From Trichosphaerium sp. ATCC 40318 (taxonomy: Eukaryota > Protista > Tubulinea), in contig JALMLS010000320.1 of assembly GCA_038496445.1 (NCBI GenBank), forward strand, positions 310,001 to 374,000: DNA of 64,000 bases. Direction: 5' to 3'. The notes under the pieces are model-generated. The model was not told the DNA's origin and searched no databases. It worked only from the letters and a program-made list of their open reading frames with translations. Below, one piece after another: positions 63,065 through 64,000 of this stretch; position 1 is the stretch's first letter, and every line of letters begins with the position of its first letter. Position numbers and translations under genes: made by a program.

Positions 63065-64000
63065 ATGTGTAAAGCTTACAAGCGCAACAAGTGTAAATCA
63101 GAGATTTAGTTGTTCTCGTTGCTAATATAAACTTTCTTCCAGGTTACAGTTGCTTGACTTGCCTGTTCAGATTATTACAGCAATACTTTGTTTACCTGGC
63201 ATTGTACCTTTTGATATTATTCTTGTGTGCCATTTTTTATCACGTGTAATATGGGATCACGTCGGTTATAAGGAGCTTCATATATTTACAAGAAAAGATA
63301 TTCAATCGCTATGCTCTATTGGTGGTAACTTGAAAAGAAATACGAAACTAAATATTGGATATGATTTACAACAAATAATTTCAACAAAAGATATTAAAGA
63401 CCTTTCAGGTACGTCACTGAGAAACTCTTTTTTAAAGCAAATCTGTCGTACCACTTCATAAATATACGTGGTGGTATTATTCCACAAAGTCAAGGGTTTT
63501 TTTGAGTCTACACAAGCTTTGCTTCGAAGTAGTACCCAATTTGAATTTGCTTTTCTTTCCGATTATTTTCTACCACGTGATAAACCCATACCTTAAAATA
63601 CTGTCTCAAAAGCATGCCACGTTCCTCAGAAACTCTGCTTTTTTGAATATAAAATAGTTGGTAGATATATAAAATCTCGTTTATCAGATTCCGATTTTAA
63701 GTTATTGTCCGGTGTACACACAATACAGATGCAGAAATGAGATGTTATTACTGATAAAGGTATTTGTCATTTGGCTGGTGCTCATACTGTTTTAATTTAC
63801 CTGTACAGTAAAATAACTGATATCGGCATTTCTGCTCTTGCAGGTGTTCACAATATTTATCTAAGCACGTGCAATAATATTACTGATGAAGGTATATCAG
63901 CGCTTTCCGGTGTCCATACTATACATCTGTCACAACTGAATATAACAGACAAGTGCATAAGAAGTCTCGGTGGTGTTCATACAATAACAATAACAGAGTG
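63065..64000 (+). CDS. F-box + LRR protein (GVHTI repeats) with in-frame TGA at 63738; runs off window end
   Basis: LLDLPVQIITAIL F-box. LRRs LSGVHTIQMQK*DVITDKG, LAGVHNIYLSTCNNITDEG and LSGVHTIHLSQLNITD. Confidence 0.7.

Noticed and set aside
1-64000. CRISPR arrays, rRNA, transposase/reverse transcriptase or viral hallmark genes
   Set aside because: No regularly spaced repeats, rRNA motifs, DDE/RT/integrase motifs or capsid/polymerase motifs were seen.

Overview
AT-rich, gene-dense eukaryotic genomic DNA with many short spliceosomal introns (GTAYG/GTAAG donors, CTAAC-like branch points). It is probably from an amoeboid protist, inferred from GABA-B/Grl-like class C GPCRs, the F-box/LRR expansion and MORN-variant genes. 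About 20 protein genes can be reconstructed: DEP-DUF547 protein, five F-box proteins, IPT/TIG protein, DH-PH-formin, CBM6-metalloprotease, DUF4062-NACHT-TPR protein ending in a VCA-like tail, SKI3/TTC37, Ser/Thr kinase, Rab-like GTPase, PSI-repeat protein, patatin phospholipase, RING protein and two tandem class C GPCRs. The most striking signals are in RNA. (1) A circularly permuted tRNA-Leu(UAA) at 30843-30915 (-) has its 3' half before its 5' half and the break in the variable arm. Its flanks pair into a long multi-helix stem ending in a T8 terminator. (2) A canonical-length, short-variable-arm tRNA with a UCA (UGA-reading) anticodon lies at 9291-9363. An in-frame TGA also occurs at a Cys position of an LRR gene (63738). 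Two unusual actin-regulator fusions, frequent GC-AG introns, strong CACGTG enrichment and a precise intron difference between young paralogs are also noted. Exon boundaries were read by eye, so the ends of multi-exon genes are approximate.
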